DNA from: a virus
Virus record (IMG/VR): IMGVR_UViG_3300038393_001444
Span: 30,345-94,344 of that record
Length of the DNA stretch: 64,000 bases
Direction: 5' to 3' (one strand)
The notes under the pieces are model-generated. The model saw only the letters and a list, made by a program, of their open reading frames with translations. It was not told the origin of the DNA and did no database searches. Below are positions 36,677-45,793 of this stretch, in pieces (the first letter of the stretch is position 1; every line of letters starts with the position of its first letter). The position numbers were made by a program, and so were the translations under genes.

Positions 36677-37590
36677 TACGCGGCTTCCTTCAGTTCGGCC
36701 TGGGCTTGGCCTTCGCCGCGCTCGGCCACGCCGAGCACGTCGCCCACGAGCGCGGAAACCAGCCCGCGCAGCGTGTCGACCATGATCATGCCCTCGGCGG
36801 TGAAGCGGTCGGCATCCTGCACCGCCTTCGCCGATTCCTTGGCCACGTCCAGCGGGGCCAGCCGCTTGAGCACCAGCGACTCGTTCAGCACAAAACTGAT
36901 CTTGTCGTTGAAGGTCAGCGCCATCTGCCGCACGGTTGCGCCGGCTTGCACGTGGCGCTGGGCCACTTCCTCGCCGACGTTCTTCAGCGTCAGGGTGCCC
37001 TTCATGCCGGACTTCAGCACGAATTCATCATCGACCGTAAAGCCTTCCGGCGTCCAATCTTCGGTCAGCCACAGCGTCATCTGGCTGACCGGGTTCTGCT
37101 TCGTGAACAGCGTATCGATGGCCAGCGCCAGCGAGCGGATGATGAAGCGCAGCGCGGTGTCGTAGGAGCCCTTGCCGGCGGCATCGATCATCACCCAGCC
37201 GTTGACGGGGTCGATCAGGATCTGTGTGCGGCTGGTGGTCACCAGCGCGGTCGGCAGGAGCTCGTCGGTGATCTGCTCCTTCAGTTCGCGCAGCTGCTTG
37301 CGGCCGGGCTTGAAGCCCTGCTGTTCCTCGAGCTCGCGGGCGCGCTCCTTCACCAGCTTCTTGATCGCATTTCCGGGCAACACCTTCGACTCGGTGCCCA
37401 GCGCGATCAGGTAGGCGTCGCCGATCTGCTCGGCGAGCTCGCCGCCTTCGCGCGGCGGCACCCAGCCGGATGCGCCGAGATTCATCTTGCCGACCGGGGC
37501 CATGCGGCCCGGCTCCATCTTCGCCAGCAGGGCGTCGAGCGTCAGATCCCATGCCATTAAGCGCAGCAGCTGCAGATTCTTAAACCACAT
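36676..37590 (-). CDS. rdgC: Recombination-associated protein RdgC
   Basis: MWFKNLQL, GWVPP, GRKQLRELKEQITDELLP, ISFVLNESLVLKRL. Confidence 0.93.
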   Translation of the reverse strand: MWFKNLQLLRLMAWDLTLDALLAKMEPGRMAPVGKMNLGASGWVPPREGGELAEQIGDAYLIALGTESKVLPGNAIKKLVKERARELEEQQGFKPGRKQLRELKEQITDELLPTALVTTSRTQILIDPVNGWVMIDAAGKGSYDTALRFIIRSLALAIDTLFTKQNPVSQMTLWLTEDWTPEGFTVDDEFVLKSGMKGTLTLKNVGEEVAQRHVQAGATVRQMALTFNDKISFVLNESLVLKRLAPLDVAKESAKAVQDADRFTAEGMIMVDTLRGLVSALVGDVLGVAERGEGQAQAELKEAA

Positions 37591-37634
37591 TTGGAAGTGC
37601 CTTTCGTTTTTGTTGATTTGACAGTGAAAAAAGA

Positions 37635-38120
37635 TTAAGCCAGCAGCGCGCGCCGGCCTTTAAGCGGATCTTGAAACGGTATGTCATCGTCGGCGAAATC
37701 ACTGCCGCCCTGCGGCTGCTGGCGCTGCGGCGCGCGTTGCTGGGTCTGCTGGCGCTGCTGCGGCGCGCCCTGGCCGCCGCCATCCTGCCGGCTTCCGAGC
37801 ATCTGCATCACGTCGCCCCGGATCTCGGTCGCGTATTTCTCCACGCCATCCTTATCGGTGTATTTGCGGGTGCGCAGCGAGCCTTCGATGTAGACCTGGG
37901 AACCCTTTTTCAGGTACTGGCCAGCGATCTCGGCGAGCTTGCCGAAGAACGTGACGCGGTGCCATTCGGTGGCTTCCTTCTGCTCGCCGCTGGCCTTGTC
38001 CTTCCATTTGTCCGTGGTGGCCACGGCCAGATTGGTGATCGCGTCACCGCCTTGGGTGTAGCGGGTTTCGGGATCGCGGCCCAAGTTGCCGACGAGGATG
38101 ACCTTGTTGATGCTTGCCAT
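37635..38120 (-). CDS. ssb: Single-stranded DNA-binding protein
   Basis: [29 protein letters not shown]. Confidence 0.97.
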   Translation of the reverse strand: MASINKVILVGNLGRDPETRYTQGGDAITNLAVATTDKWKDKASGEQKEATEWHRVTFFGKLAEIAGQYLKKGSQVYIEGSLRTRKYTDKDGVEKYATEIRGDVMQMLGSRQDGGGQGAPQQRQQTQQRAPQRQQPQGGSDFADDDIPFQDPLKGRRALLA

Positions 38121-38165
38121 GGTGGCCTTTCAAGTAAAGGGCCCGGCTATCCCGGGCCCGGTTGG

Positions 38166-39938
38166 TTAAACGGTTTCTTCCTCTTCGATGCGCTCGATCA
38201 CGCCATCGGCCAGCCAGTGCGCCTCGATGCCATCGGGCAGGCCGGTCGGCTTGGCCTTCATCGTGGCGCAGACGATCGCGGTATTGATGTGCCCGGCGCT
38301 GGCGCGGTCGTTGAGCCAGAGCAGCAGCTGCGCGCGGCTCGGCAGATCCAGCACGTCCATGCGGTCCAGCAGCAGGATCTTGATGCCGGAGATCTCGGCG
38401 ATCGACTCGGCGATCATCGCATCACAGCGCCATTGCTCGGATTCGCACAGCAGCGAATACGGGCGGCCATCGGCGCGGATGCTCATGTCGGGATCGATGC
38501 GAACCTGCTTCCAGCGCGTGGCGACAGCGGCGGCCTGCAGCGCCTGATTGATCGGCTTCAGGGCCTGCGCCAGGATCTCGGCCGGGATGCCTTCCGGCGA
38601 CAGCGCGGCAGCGATCGCATCCCATGCCATCGCGGTGTCGTGGTGGGCCTTGGCCTGCGCGGTGATCGCGTCGGCATTCTTGGCCAGATCCTCTTCGCGC
38701 TCGCGCTCGACCAGCCGCACGGTCAGATTGTCCAGCGCCAGCTTCATATCGTCGCGCTTGGCGGTGAGTGCGGCCACGTCCACGGCCGCCGGTGCCACTT
38801 CCGGATTATCGATGCGCGATTGCGCGAGCTCGGCGGCGACGATGCGCTGGCGCAGGTTTTCCATCGAGCTCTTCAGGTGCGCGATGGTCGATTCGACGGA
38901 TTTCAGTTCCGCCTTCGCCTGCGGGTCGCCGTGCGCATCGACCGCGCCGAATTCGCCCTCGTAGCTGGCGATCAGCGCCTCGGCCCGATCGGCATTGTCG
39001 GCATCCAGCACCACGCCGGCGGCCAGCGCATTGATGAAGCGCGCCATGTCATGGATCAGGCCCTGCCGTGGGCCATCGCCGGCCAGCGGCTCCAGCTGCG
39101 CGCGGCGCGCCTCTTGGCCGTCCAGATCCGCCTGGGCCTGCCGCAGGTTTTCCTGCGCCACGGGCAGCGACGCGGCGAGCCGGGTGTCGGCGGCCAGCTG
39201 GCGCGCCAGCGTTTCGGTTGCCTGGGCGGCGGCCTTGGCTGCACCCAGCGCCTGTTCCGTGTCGCGCAGCGCGCATTGCGCCGTGGCATGCTCCATCTTC
39301 AGCGCATGCAGCGCCTCTTCATCGATCGTCGGGGCGACGGCCGCCCACGTTTCGGCCTTCACGCTGCCGTAGGTTTCGCCGGTCAGCGCCTTCCACGCGC
39401 CGCGCGACTCGCTGGCTTTTTCCTTGGCCAGCGCCTCGGCCGCCGGGAAACCCGATTTCAGCATCGGCAGCACAAGGTCGATCTTCGCCTCGGCATGGCC
39501 CTTTTCCTTGAGCCGGCGCGCCACTTCCTTCGGGCTGGCGGTGCTGTTGGTCAGCGCGAACAGGAACATGCGGCGCGCGGCGGCGTTCATCTTGGCGAAG
39601 CCCTGCGCATTGAGCACGAACGGCAGCGCCGACAGATCCGCCGTGGCCAGATCGCCGCGCAACTCCTGGCCGCCCTTGGGCAGCGCATACAGCGCGCTGC
39701 CGGCGTCGGTATCGACGCGCACTTCGGCTTCCTTCGCGCCGTCCGAGATCAGCAGCTTGTAATCGCGCTTGTGGTCGACGCGCAGGATCTCGCCGCCGAG
39801 CGCCAGCCGCACCGCTTCATTGATGGAGCTCTTGCCCGCGCCGTTCGGGCCGGCGATGGCCACGACCGGGCGCAGCGGGACCAAGCGGATGCGGCGCGCG
39901 CCGAGATAGTTGTCGATCGAGATTCCGGTGATTTCCAT
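38166..39938 (-). CDS. Rad50/SbcC-like coiled-coil ATPase
   Basis: Walker A GPNGAGKSS, long coiled coil, degenerate signature/Walker B. Confidence 0.8.
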   Translation of the reverse strand: MEITGISIDNYLGARRIRLVPLRPVVAIAGPNGAGKSSINEAVRLALGGEILRVDHKRDYKLLISDGAKEAEVRVDTDAGSALYALPKGGQELRGDLATADLSALPFVLNAQGFAKMNAAARRMFLFALTNSTASPKEVARRLKEKGHAEAKIDLVLPMLKSGFPAAEALAKEKASESRGAWKALTGETYGSVKAETWAAVAPTIDEEALHALKMEHATAQCALRDTEQALGAAKAAAQATETLARQLAADTRLAASLPVAQENLRQAQADLDGQEARRAQLEPLAGDGPRQGLIHDMARFINALAAGVVLDADNADRAEALIASYEGEFGAVDAHGDPQAKAELKSVESTIAHLKSSMENLRQRIVAAELAQSRIDNPEVAPAAVDVAALTAKRDDMKLALDNLTVRLVEREREEDLAKNADAITAQAKAHHDTAMAWDAIAAALSPEGIPAEILAQALKPINQALQAAAVATRWKQVRIDPDMSIRADGRPYSLLCESEQWRCDAMIAESIAEISGIKILLLDRMDVLDLPSRAQLLLWLNDRASAGHINTAIVCATMKAKPTGLPDGIEAHWLADGVIERIEEEETV

Positions 39939-39956
39939 GATGTTTTCCTGTTCTTG

Positions 39957-41066
39957 TTATTCGAGATTCATCTGCGGCGCGCGGGCGTCGGCAGCCTTGC
40001 CGGCCGGCGGGAACGGGTTATCGAGCGCTTCGCGGCGCGCGCGGTAGGCGGCGCTCAGTTCGGCCTGCACGGCTTCCGGAAAGTCCTTGATCAGGTCCGC
40101 GTCGGCGTCGAGCATGTCGATATCGGTGGCTTTCTCGAGCCGGGCTTTGAAGGCGCGGAATTTTGCAGCGGCCGGGTTTTCCTGGGGCTGCTGTTGCTGC
40201 TGGCGCTGCTGGGTCTGCTGCTCTTCGAACATCGCTTCCGGCGCATCGTTGCCGGCGGGCGCTTCCTCGCGCGCAGCTTCCTGCGGCTGGCCGGCGTGAT
40301 CCTCTTCCTGCACATAGGAAAAGTCGCCATCGATGACCATGTCGCGGCCGGTTTCGGCAGCGGTTTCGGCGTTGACCGCGTTCTCGAGATCCTGCGAGCT
40401 CGGCAGGTATTTGATGGTCTGCAGCAACACCACCTTGCGGGCATACATTTCCGCGTTGTTCGAATCCTTCAGCGCATAGTGGCGATCCCCGACTTTGTTG
40501 AAAGTTTTCAGGTGCTTCATCACCTTGTTGATCGTCCAGACGGTGATGATCGGGTAATCCTGATCCTTCACGCGGCCGATCGCATAGACGTGGGTGGCAT
40601 GCTGCCAGTTGTCCGAGTCGCCCAGCGGCTTGTGCTTCAGGAATGGCGCATCGCCGAGCTCCCATTCGAACAGGTCGCCCTGATAGACCACGCCGGTCCA
40701 GACGCTGGCGCGGCCGGTGCGCGCCACGAGATCGACCAAGCCTTTCCAGCCCGGCACGAACGAGCACTTGCCCCTGTAGGCGACGAGATAGCCGCGCCCG
40801 TTGCACAAGCCGATGCCGGAATTGATGGCGATCGACACGGCGGTGTAGAAGGAATCCGGCGTCGCATCCTGCAGATCGCGGCTGTTCATCATCATCACCG
40901 ACGCGGCGCGGATCTCGCGGTCGATCACGATCGAGCCGGACGCGCCGGAGCCGAGCATTTCCTTGCGCTTCTCGAGCAGGCCGATCTTCTGGCGCACTTT
41001 ATCCGCCGGGGTGGCCAGCGCGCCGTTGTTGGTCTGCTGCCGCTTCATGTCTTGCAGGTTTGCCAT
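39957..41066 (-). CDS. recT: RecT-family single-strand annealing protein
   Basis: YLVAY, PGWKGLVDL..RTG, VYQGDLF, EMYARKVV. Confidence 0.88.
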   Translation of the reverse strand: MANLQDMKRQQTNNGALATPADKVRQKIGLLEKRKEMLGSGASGSIVIDREIRAASVMMMNSRDLQDATPDSFYTAVSIAINSGIGLCNGRGYLVAYRGKCSFVPGWKGLVDLVARTGRASVWTGVVYQGDLFEWELGDAPFLKHKPLGDSDNWQHATHVYAIGRVKDQDYPIITVWTINKVMKHLKTFNKVGDRHYALKDSNNAEMYARKVVLLQTIKYLPSSQDLENAVNAETAAETGRDMVIDGDFSYVQEEDHAGQPQEAAREEAPAGNDAPEAMFEEQQTQQRQQQQQPQENPAAAKFRAFKARLEKATDIDMLDADADLIKDFPEAVQAELSAAYRARREALDNPFPPAGKAADARAPQMNLE

Positions 41067-41088
41067 GGTGTTTCTCCTGGGGTGGGGG

Positions 41089-41907
41089 TTAATCGTGGTA
41101 GGGGCAGGTGTCATACCGCGCGCAGAACTTGTTCGAACAGAGCGGGCTCTGCGGGTTCGGCGGGTAGAAGCCGTCCTTGAACATTTTCGACGCGAGCTCG
41201 ATGAAGCCGGGCGCTTCCTCGGTGCCGAGCATCACGCGGCGCGCGTCCCAAATTTTCGAGACCATCGGCTCGGGCTTGCCCGACGTCGGCAGCGCGATGA
41301 TCTGCGCGCCCTGGGCTTCCTCGCCGGTGGTTTCCTGATACATCAGCTGGTATGCGCCCAGCTGCGCGCTGCGGCCCTTGGTGATCACCGCGCCGTCTTG
41401 GATCAGGCGGCTGCCGGTCTTGATATCGGGGATCACGGTGGCGGCGGCATCCTGGCCGGCGATCTTCGCCACGCGGGCCCGGTCCATCGTGCCGGTCAAG
41501 CGGATCGTCACGCCATTGCCGCAGTCGATCTCGAGCGGGGCCATCTTCATTTCGACGGCCTTGAATTCGTACAGCGGGCTGATCTCGGCGCAGTAGCGGG
41601 TATGCAGCGCCAGCGCGATCGCCTCGGCTTCGCGCATCGTCAGGCTCTTGTCCTGCTTGTAATCGACCTCGCCATCCGGATTGTGCAGCGCCTGAATCGT
41701 TGCCTCGGCTGCCTCGTCGGCCTTGATCGGGCGGCCGAGCATGCGCGCCTCATCGAAGGCGGCGGTGCCGGCATGCACGGCGGTGCCGAGCACGGCGCGC
41801 AGGCCAGACGGGCGCTGCATGCCGAGCAGGTGTTCGCCTTGCCACTTGAAAGCGCAGTCGAACAGGCCGCCCCAGCTGGAGGCGCGCACGGTGAAGACCT
41901 GATTCAT
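41089..41907 (-). CDS. PD-(D/E)xK Cas4/RecB-like exonuclease
   Basis: GTAVH, GTMD, PDIKTG, QLGAY; 1+3 Cys pattern (FDC..LCSNKFC..TC). Confidence 0.85.
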   Translation of the reverse strand: MNQVFTVRASSWGGLFDCAFKWQGEHLLGMQRPSGLRAVLGTAVHAGTAAFDEARMLGRPIKADEAAEATIQALHNPDGEVDYKQDKSLTMREAEAIALALHTRYCAEISPLYEFKAVEMKMAPLEIDCGNGVTIRLTGTMDRARVAKIAGQDAAATVIPDIKTGSRLIQDGAVITKGRSAQLGAYQLMYQETTGEEAQGAQIIALPTSGKPEPMVSKIWDARRVMLGTEEAPGFIELASKMFKDGFYPPNPQSPLCSNKFCARYDTCPYHD

Positions 41908-42113
41908 GAGAGCTCGCGGATACGGGAGTTGATCAGCGCCTGCTCCTGCTGCAGGTAGGCGATGGCGCGGCGGTCGTTGCCGATCTGGCGCTGCAGCAGT
42001 TCGATGGTGCGCACGTTGCTGCGCAATTCCATCTGCGCCATCAGGCGCTTGACCGGCCGCGCGGCAATGGCCATCAGGCCCCGGAAATCGATCTGGCTCT
42101 GGCTGCGGATCAT
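41904..42113 (-). CDS. Small coiled-coil hypothetical protein
   Basis: Coupled at both ends within operon. Confidence 0.55.
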   Translation of the reverse strand: MIRSQSQIDFRGLMAIAARPVKRLMAQMELRSNVRTIELLQRQIGNDRRAIAYLQQEQALINSRIRELS

Positions 42114-42241
42114 CACAGTGCTCCAATGATGCCGACGATCACGAAGATCACGGCGATGGCGATCAGGCAGTTGCGGGCCCGGCGGTTTTGATCGGCTTCG
42201 CATGCGCGCAGATCTCGGAAAGTTTGGGAATGGGTGTTCAT
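42113..42241 (-). CDS. 42-aa single-pass membrane peptide (MNTHSQTF..LIAIAVIFVIVGIIGAL), not in ORF track
   Basis: GGAG RBS, first ORF after promoter, stop overlaps next start. Confidence 0.6.
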   Translation of the reverse strand: MNTHSQTFRDLRACEADQNRRARNCLIAIAVIFVIVGIIGAL

Positions 42242-42289
42242 GTTGGTTGGCTCCGTTATGGTTTTTTTCCCTGTCGAAACAGTGGAACC

Positions 42290-42318
42290 ATAATAGCCAA
42301 ACCAATTTTGTGCGTCAA
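42290..42318 (-). promoter_or_regulatory. Sigma70 promoter of recombination operon
   Basis: TTGACG-N17-TATTAT. Confidence 0.8.
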
Positions 42319-42362
42319 CCGCAAAATACGTTGTTTATTCAACGATATGTGACGGTCATAAA

Positions 42363-42377
42363 TCTCGCCTTGCGTTA
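42363..42377. promoter_or_regulatory. Operator-like site TCTCGC-ctt-GCGTTA
   Basis: One mismatch to operator consensus, upstream of promoter. Confidence 0.55.
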
Positions 42378-42400
42378 CATCATAACCGAATGCGCCAGCG

Positions 42401-43024
42401 TTAGAAACCGGAACGTCGCCGTGCTACCTTCACCCGGCCGAGAATGCGCAGGGCCTGGGCGCTTTCGGCGCTCATGTGCAGGTTTGGATACAGCTGATTT
42501 TCGGTTTGCACGATGATGCCGGCCGGCGCGGGAAACAGGCGGCGGATCGCCGGCTGGCCATCGATGGCGATGCCGAACACGCCGCCGGTGGTGTGGATCT
42601 TGGTGTCGTTCATGTCGATCAGCACCACGTCGCCGGGCATCAAAAGCGGGGCCATCGCGTCATCCGGTACCGACAGCGCGGCGGCCGTGGTTCCCGCAAG
42701 GGAAACGTCAGCGAGGACAAAGGCATGCTTCCTTCCTTCATCCATCACCGCTTCGCCGGCGGAAGTCACGCCGAGCTCCGGCAGCAGCACGGCCGCCGCC
42801 GGGGTGTCGACGGTCACGTTGGCCAGCAGTTCGCCGAGCGTGATGCCGTAGGCGGTGGCCAGCCGGATCATCACGTCGGTGGTGATCGCCTGCCGGCCGG
42901 ATTCCATGCGCGAGAGATTTGTGTGGTGGACGCCCGTCAGGTGGTGAACCTGCTGCAGCGTCAGATCGCGTTTTTTGCGCTGCGCGCGAATCGCTGCGCC
43001 GATTTCCTTCATGGTATCCATCAT
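42401..43024 (-). CDS. CI-like repressor (HTH_3 plus degenerate S24 domain)
   Basis: IRAQRKKRDLTLQQV..LSRMESG HTH; VPDDAMAP..PGDVVLID, IRRL, ENQLYP, ILGRV. Confidence 0.88.
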   Translation of the reverse strand: MMDTMKEIGAAIRAQRKKRDLTLQQVHHLTGVHHTNLSRMESGRQAITTDVMIRLATAYGITLGELLANVTVDTPAAAVLLPELGVTSAGEAVMDEGRKHAFVLADVSLAGTTAAALSVPDDAMAPLLMPGDVVLIDMNDTKIHTTGGVFGIAIDGQPAIRRLFPAPAGIIVQTENQLYPNLHMSAESAQALRILGRVKVARRRSGF

Positions 43025-43172
43025 TATCCTTTTGATAAGTTTTTGATTGCAAAGCGACTTTACACTGAAAAAACAATGAAAGCTATTGCGGAAAAATGGC
43101 CGACCTCGCAAAATGCTTGCCGTTGACATTGATCAACCGAACACATTCCTTCCATCAACAAGAATTAGATCC

Positions 43173-43628
43173 ATGAGACTTAATCCTTCCCTTCCTGAAC
43201 TTTCAGATTCGTACACGCAACTGCTCGAATCGAATCCGATCAGCTATTGCCCGATGTGCGGCGACGACAGTGAGAGCGCCCGCAATTCCGCCTACGAATA
43301 TTCGGTTGTGGTCCCTGGCGCGGCGGTCTGCTTCAGCTGCGCCGAGAAAATCGCCAATGCTTTCTGGATGAAGCATTCGGGCGAGTGGCTTACCCGAGAA
43401 AACCCGCCGGCGGCTCCCCGGCGACCGGGCCCGCGCAAGGAAACGATCACGCCCGGTCTGCGCAAAAAGGTATTCGAGCGCGACGCATATCGCTGCTGCC
43501 AGTGCGGCTCGTACAAGGATCTGCAGTGCGATCACATGCTCCCTGAGAGCAAGGGCGGCAAGGCAGTCATCGAGAACCTGCAGACGCTGTGCAAGTCCTG
43601 CAATTGCCGGAAGGGTGCGCGCGCATGA
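43173..43628 (+). CDS. HNH endonuclease with N-terminal C4 zinc domain
   Basis: VFERDAYRC..CG..DH..P.SKGG..NLQTLCKSCN; CPMC..CFSC. Confidence 0.85.
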   Translation: MRLNPSLPELSDSYTQLLESNPISYCPMCGDDSESARNSAYEYSVVVPGAAVCFSCAEKIANAFWMKHSGEWLTRENPPAAPRRPGPRKETITPGLRKKVFERDAYRCCQCGSYKDLQCDHMLPESKGGKAVIENLQTLCKSCNCRKGARA

Positions 43629-44602
43629 GCCACGATGTTGTTTTCCAATTCAGCGGCCTTGTCGCTGAGAAATATGGGCACCTCGAGGCTTGCCTGATCT
43701 GGAATTTCCAGTATTGGATTCGCCACAACCGCGACAACGAAAAGAATTTCCGCGAAGGCCGCACGTGGTCTTACAACACGGTCGCCGCCCTGCATAAGCA
43801 ATATTTCTGGACATCGCCGTTCAAGATCCGGCGCGCCCTGGAAAAGCTAGAAAAGGATGGTGTTTTGATCAAGGGGCACTTCTCCGAGCGCGGCACAGAT
43901 CGAACTACGTGGTATGCCTTCGCCGATGAAGAAGAGTGGCTGCCTGATTTGGCATCCATGCCAAATCGAATTGGCAAGGGTGCCAGCCCATTTGGCAAGA
44001 GTGCCAAATCACCTAATAGTAGGACAGATAAAGTAAACACAGATGAGGCCGCAAAGCCTGCGGCTTCACGGTCGGGGCGCGGCTCTCGCCTTACTCAAGA
44101 TTGGAAACTGCCGCTGGCCTGGGGTGAGTGGGCGCTGAAGAAATTCCCGCACTGGACCGCCGAATACATCCGTGAAACCGTGGCGGTGCTGTTCCGCAAT
44201 CATTGGGTGGCCAAGTCGGGCCGCGATGCATCGAAAACCGATTGGGAAGCCACGTGGCAGAACTGGTGCATCAAGGAAGAGCAGATCAGCCCGTTCAAGA
44301 ACCCGGCCATGCCAGCAGCTGCGCAGGCTGGCGGCGAGTGGTGGAAGTCGAAGACCGGCATCGAGATCAAGGCCGCCGAGCTCGGCCTGCAGCCGGGCCC
44401 GGAAGAACTGTTTCCGCATTTCAAAGATCGCGTGTATATCGCTGCCGGCGATGGCCCGTGGATGGCATCGATCCACCAAGGCCCCACGCGCAGCCATAGC
44501 GAGCCCGTGGCGGCTGTTGCGGCGTCGATCAAGGGGAATCTGAAGGCGGCGCTCAAAAAACCCGCCAGCGGCCCGGAAAACGCGCCGGGAGCGGCTGCCT
44601 GA
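43625..44602 (+). CDS. Replication initiator (O-like, N-terminal winged helix)
   Basis: YWI..N..GRTWSYNT..IRRALEKL..DRTTWY; DWEATWQNW C-domain; internal iterons. Confidence 0.8.
   Translation: MSHDVVFQFSGLVAEKYGHLEACLIWNFQYWIRHNRDNEKNFREGRTWSYNTVAALHKQYFWTSPFKIRRALEKLEKDGVLIKGHFSERGTDRTTWYAFADEEEWLPDLASMPNRIGKGASPFGKSAKSPNSRTDKVNTDEAAKPAASRSGRGSRLTQDWKLPLAWGEWALKKFPHWTAEYIRETVAVLFRNHWVAKSGRDASKTDWEATWQNWCIKEEQISPFKNPAMPAAAQAGGEWWKSKTGIEIKAAELGLQPGPEELFPHFKDRVYIAAGDGPWMASIHQGPTRSHSEPVAAVAASIKGNLKAALKKPASGPENAPGAAA
43947..44009. repeat. Three palindromic iterons TTGGCA-N4-TGCCA, probable replication origin
   Basis: Copies at 43947, 43969, 43990 followed by A-rich tract. Confidence 0.75.
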
Positions 44603-45105
44603 TGGCATCGCGCAAGAATTCCCTGTCCTGGGGCCCGGAGCAGGTGGCCGCGCATAACGCCAAGGTGCGCGGCAGCCGGGTGCAGGCTGGCCAGCTGGCA
44701 GGCAATCTCCTTTCCGCCGAGCAGCAGCGCACCCTGCGCGCGGCCGAGGCGACCAAGCGCTTTCAGGCGCTAGGCCGGCTGCCCAAGGGCACGATGAACA
44801 AGACCGAGGCCGCCTACGCCGAAGAGCTCGAGCGCCAGCGCCAGCTGGGGCTGATCCATGGCTACAAGTTCCACGCGCTGAAGATCCGGCTCGCCGATAA
44901 CGCTTTCTACGAGGCCGACTTTCTCGTGCTTGGCCGGGATTTCCAGCTGGCCATTCACGAAACCAAGGGCGGCTTCACGACCGACAAGGGCCAGCTGAAG
45001 ATCCGGCTGGCGGCCGAGGCGCTGCCGTGGTTCCGGTTTTTCAAGGCGACCAAGCTGGCGCAGAAGGCCGGCGGCGGCTGGAAGATCGAGGAATTCAACG
45101 CATGA
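44602..45105 (+). CDS. DUF1064-like PD-(D/E)xK endonuclease
   Basis: MNKTEAAY, YEADF, HETKG. Confidence 0.8.
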   Translation: MASRKNSLSWGPEQVAAHNAKVRGSRVQAGQLAGNLLSAEQQRTLRAAEATKRFQALGRLPKGTMNKTEAAYAEELERQRQLGLIHGYKFHALKIRLADNAFYEADFLVLGRDFQLAIHETKGGFTTDKGQLKIRLAAEALPWFRFFKATKLAQKAGGGWKIEEFNA

Positions 45106-45299
45106 GCGCCGTGGCCATCCCGATCAGCTGGATCACGCTGCGCATCCGCTACGCGCTGCATGTGGGCAAAGTCGATCTGGCGCTGCTGTCCGAGGAATGC
45201 GGCTTCGAGGATCAGCATGAATTCTGCACCCTGGTGGGCCTCGAGGCAGCGGACATGGGCATCGCGTGGATCTGCCCGCATTCGGTGACGCTGAACTGA
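45102..45299 (+). CDS. Small hypothetical protein
   Basis: ATGA and TGATG coupling at both ends. Confidence 0.55.
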   Translation: MSAVAIPISWITLRIRYALHVGKVDLALLSEECGFEDQHEFCTLVGLEAADMGIAWICPHSVTLN

Positions 45300-45793
45300 T
45301 GGAATGCTTTTTCGCTAAGTCGCCGAACAGCGGGCTCATGCCGGTGGGCCCGGAAGCCGAACGCTTCCTGGCCAGCCTGCGCGCCGGCGGAGGCGTCACG
45401 GTCAGCGTCGTGTCGCTGGCGGATGCGCGGCTGTTGCGCAAGCTGTTTTCCCTGTTCGAGCTCGCTTTCGACGCATGGGAGCCGAACGAGGATCTGATCG
45501 TGCGCGGCGAGTCGGCGCGCAAGGATTTCGATCAGTTCCGCAAGGACGTCTTGATTCTCGCCGGGCATTACAACCGCTATGTGAATGCGCGCGGCGAAGT
45601 ACGGCTGGAAGCGAAATCGCTGTCGCCGGCCAAGTGTGAGGGTGTCGATCTGCAATGCATCTATCGCAAGGTGCTCGACGTGGTCTGGAGCCGCATTCTG
45701 CGCCATGTGCGCTACGCGAGCCCGGCCGAAGCCGAGCGCGTCATTGAAAAAATCCTCACCTATGAAGGCGGCGACCATGCCTACCTACTTTGA
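45299..45793 (+). CDS. DUF1367-like protein
   Basis: KLFSLFELAFDAWEP, KDFDQFRKDVLILAGHY, EAKSLS. Confidence 0.8.
   Translation: MECFFAKSPNSGLMPVGPEAERFLASLRAGGGVTVSVVSLADARLLRKLFSLFELAFDAWEPNEDLIVRGESARKDFDQFRKDVLILAGHYNRYVNARGEVRLEAKSLSPAKCEGVDLQCIYRKVLDVVWSRILRHVRYASPAEAERVIEKILTYEGGDHAYLL

Noticed and set aside
37671-41180. 1169-aa plus-strand ORF
   Set aside because: Antisense shadow of ssb, the ATPase and recT; Arg/His/Gly-rich, typical of high-GC reverse frames
41089-41907. Cas4-like gene as part of a CRISPR system
   Set aside because: No array or other cas genes; its position beside recT indicates a recombination exonuclease
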